In this document: positions 62,259 to 64,000 of the stretch, piece after piece
Numbering within the stretch: position 1 is the stretch's first letter
Layout of the letters: every line of letters begins with the position of its first letter
Source: Mytilus edulis
Taxonomy: Eukaryota
Length of the DNA: 64,000 nt
NCBI RefSeq assembly: GCF_963676685.1
Contig: NC_092357.1
Span: forward strand, 9,362,001-9,426,000
Direction: 5' to 3'
Translations under genes and position numbers: made by a program
The notes under the pieces: model-generated
Told to the model about the DNA's origin: nothing
Seen by the model: only the letters and a program-made list of their open reading frames with translations
The model's database searches: none

Positions 62259-64000
62259 CTATCTGCACATTTTTATAAGAATTGATAGTACTCATGATGC
62301 CCCTCCCCCTTTTTATAACCAAGATCACTCAGGTGAAATAAAAACAAAAAAACTATATACAAGCACAGCACTGTTTACTAGAATAATATCACATCAAGTT
62401 TCTGAATTTTTCATATTGCATCTGTCAAAAAATCACAAACCCCAAAAATTGATATGTGGTGACAGCCACATATAAACTGTACACAATAAATATTATTGGA
62501 GGTGTCTCAGCTTCACCAGAAAATATTCTCACTACTACTTATAAGGATAAATGGCTGAATAGGGTTTTGAGCCAAGACATCATGATTTAGGAATAATTAC
62601 ATTTAATTTTCATGTTAAGTTAAAGAAATACTTATAAAAATTAAAAAAAAAATGTCATTGAATAACTGTTGTTGACTTTCAAGATAAACTTTTGATTTGT
62701 TAACTGATGTAAAAATTCGAATTTGTGGCATTTGTTTTAGTAAATTTACAAAACACATGGACTAAATTAACAAAATGAAGATGGGAGAAAAAGATTGATT
62801 GATTAATGAAATATGAACTAAATTGAGCATTATACTTCAATACTGTCATGTAGAGAAAAATTCTTCAATAATTTTCACCGTAATTTAAAGTTAAATTACA
62901 TTTATTATCTGATATTGCACTCTAGCATTAACTTCACAATATTAAAGAAATTATATTTTAATGAGTTATTATTATAATTATTAAAAAAAAAAATCAATCA
63001 ATTATTGAATTAAATCATTTATAAATTACACATCAGAATAAATCTTAAGCAATTCATCCACCCTATAACTCTGTTATTGTTTAAATTAAAGGAAAAATTT
63101 GGTAAAGAAAAATGTCCACCCTAAAACTCTATTATTTGGTCGGGTGAAAGATCAAATTTGTAAATTACCAGTAACAATGACATTGTGGCACATGACATGT
63201 CACATGACAAACATTGTAATAAAAGAACCCTTTCTGGTGAAGCTAGGATATGTCATATCAACATCTGTCCATACTCAAAGTTTGTCTTTTGTAACAGTGA
63301 TAAAAGATAATTGAGAAGTTTACACTATTAATTATTACAGTCATCAAGGACAATTTTATATATCTATTACAAATATTAACTCTGATATTGTTAACCAATA
63401 AACTTGCTTCATAAATTCCGAATTAGAATTAAAAGTTAATCCTTTAATCGCATCATGACATAATTATGAGAACAGGAGCAATTAACAAATTTAATTTTAA
63501 TTAGATTGATACTTTTCAAAATTATTCTCTTTTTTTCGGGTGCAATATTTAAAATAAAAATTCAACGATTTGTTTAACATTGACATAAAATATCATATCA
63601 TGTATAATCTATAAATTCTGGCTTAACTATTCTCCTTTTTTTTAAACTGTAATTTCAGAATCTAGATTTCCCTGCTTGTGTTTGCATTGGCGAATAGCAT
63701 GATTATTTATATCTGTACAATATGTACAATAAATTAAAATTTATGGATTATGATTGGCTAAATACACAATATTTAGTAATAGTCTTGGCCAATCAAAATG
63801 ATTTTGTGCAAGTGTTTAAATAAATAAGAAATTAATAGAATTTAGCTTATGTAATGAGTTATGTTGGAGATAAGCCCTTGAAACTAAATGCTTGTATTGT
63901 ATAAACTCTCGTATTATTTTTAGTTCTAACATGAGGAAAGAAAAAGGTTTTGGCAGCCCATTTATAGGTAGTTCCCACCTTTTGTCCTCTCAACTTTCCA

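Noticed and set aside
63099-63314. Possible exon near the window end
   Set aside because: No recognisable homology or phase-consistent partner exon

Overview
AT-rich eukaryotic genomic DNA with spliceosomal GT-AG introns. The repeat content suggests a bivalve mollusc, probably Mytilus (inference). Four protein-coding genes can be built with phase-consistent splice sites: GRHPR (+, 3 exons), an intronless MIOX CDS (-), Bax inhibitor-1/TMBIM6 (-, 8 coding exons, 236 aa) and a hillarin/kyphoscoliosis-peptidase-like transglutaminase-fold gene lacking the catalytic Cys/His (-, at least 4 exons). The rest is dense with repeats: 30-bp and 42-bp satellites, Helentron-type HINEs, MITEs with readable TSDs, several SINE-like retroposon families and a 5'-truncated Penelope-like RT. 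Most notable: (1) an 874-bp miniature LTR-like element whose PBS position is complementary to its own LTR (possible tRNA-independent self-priming); (2) a 350-nt hammerhead retrozyme whose insertion starts exactly at the ribozyme cleavage site; (3) a 77-bp tandem array that multiplies a BI-1 exon end plus splice donor; (4) a stem-loop core shared by retroposon families with different 3' tails. Gene models and TSDs were read by eye; boundaries of dispersed repeats are approximate.
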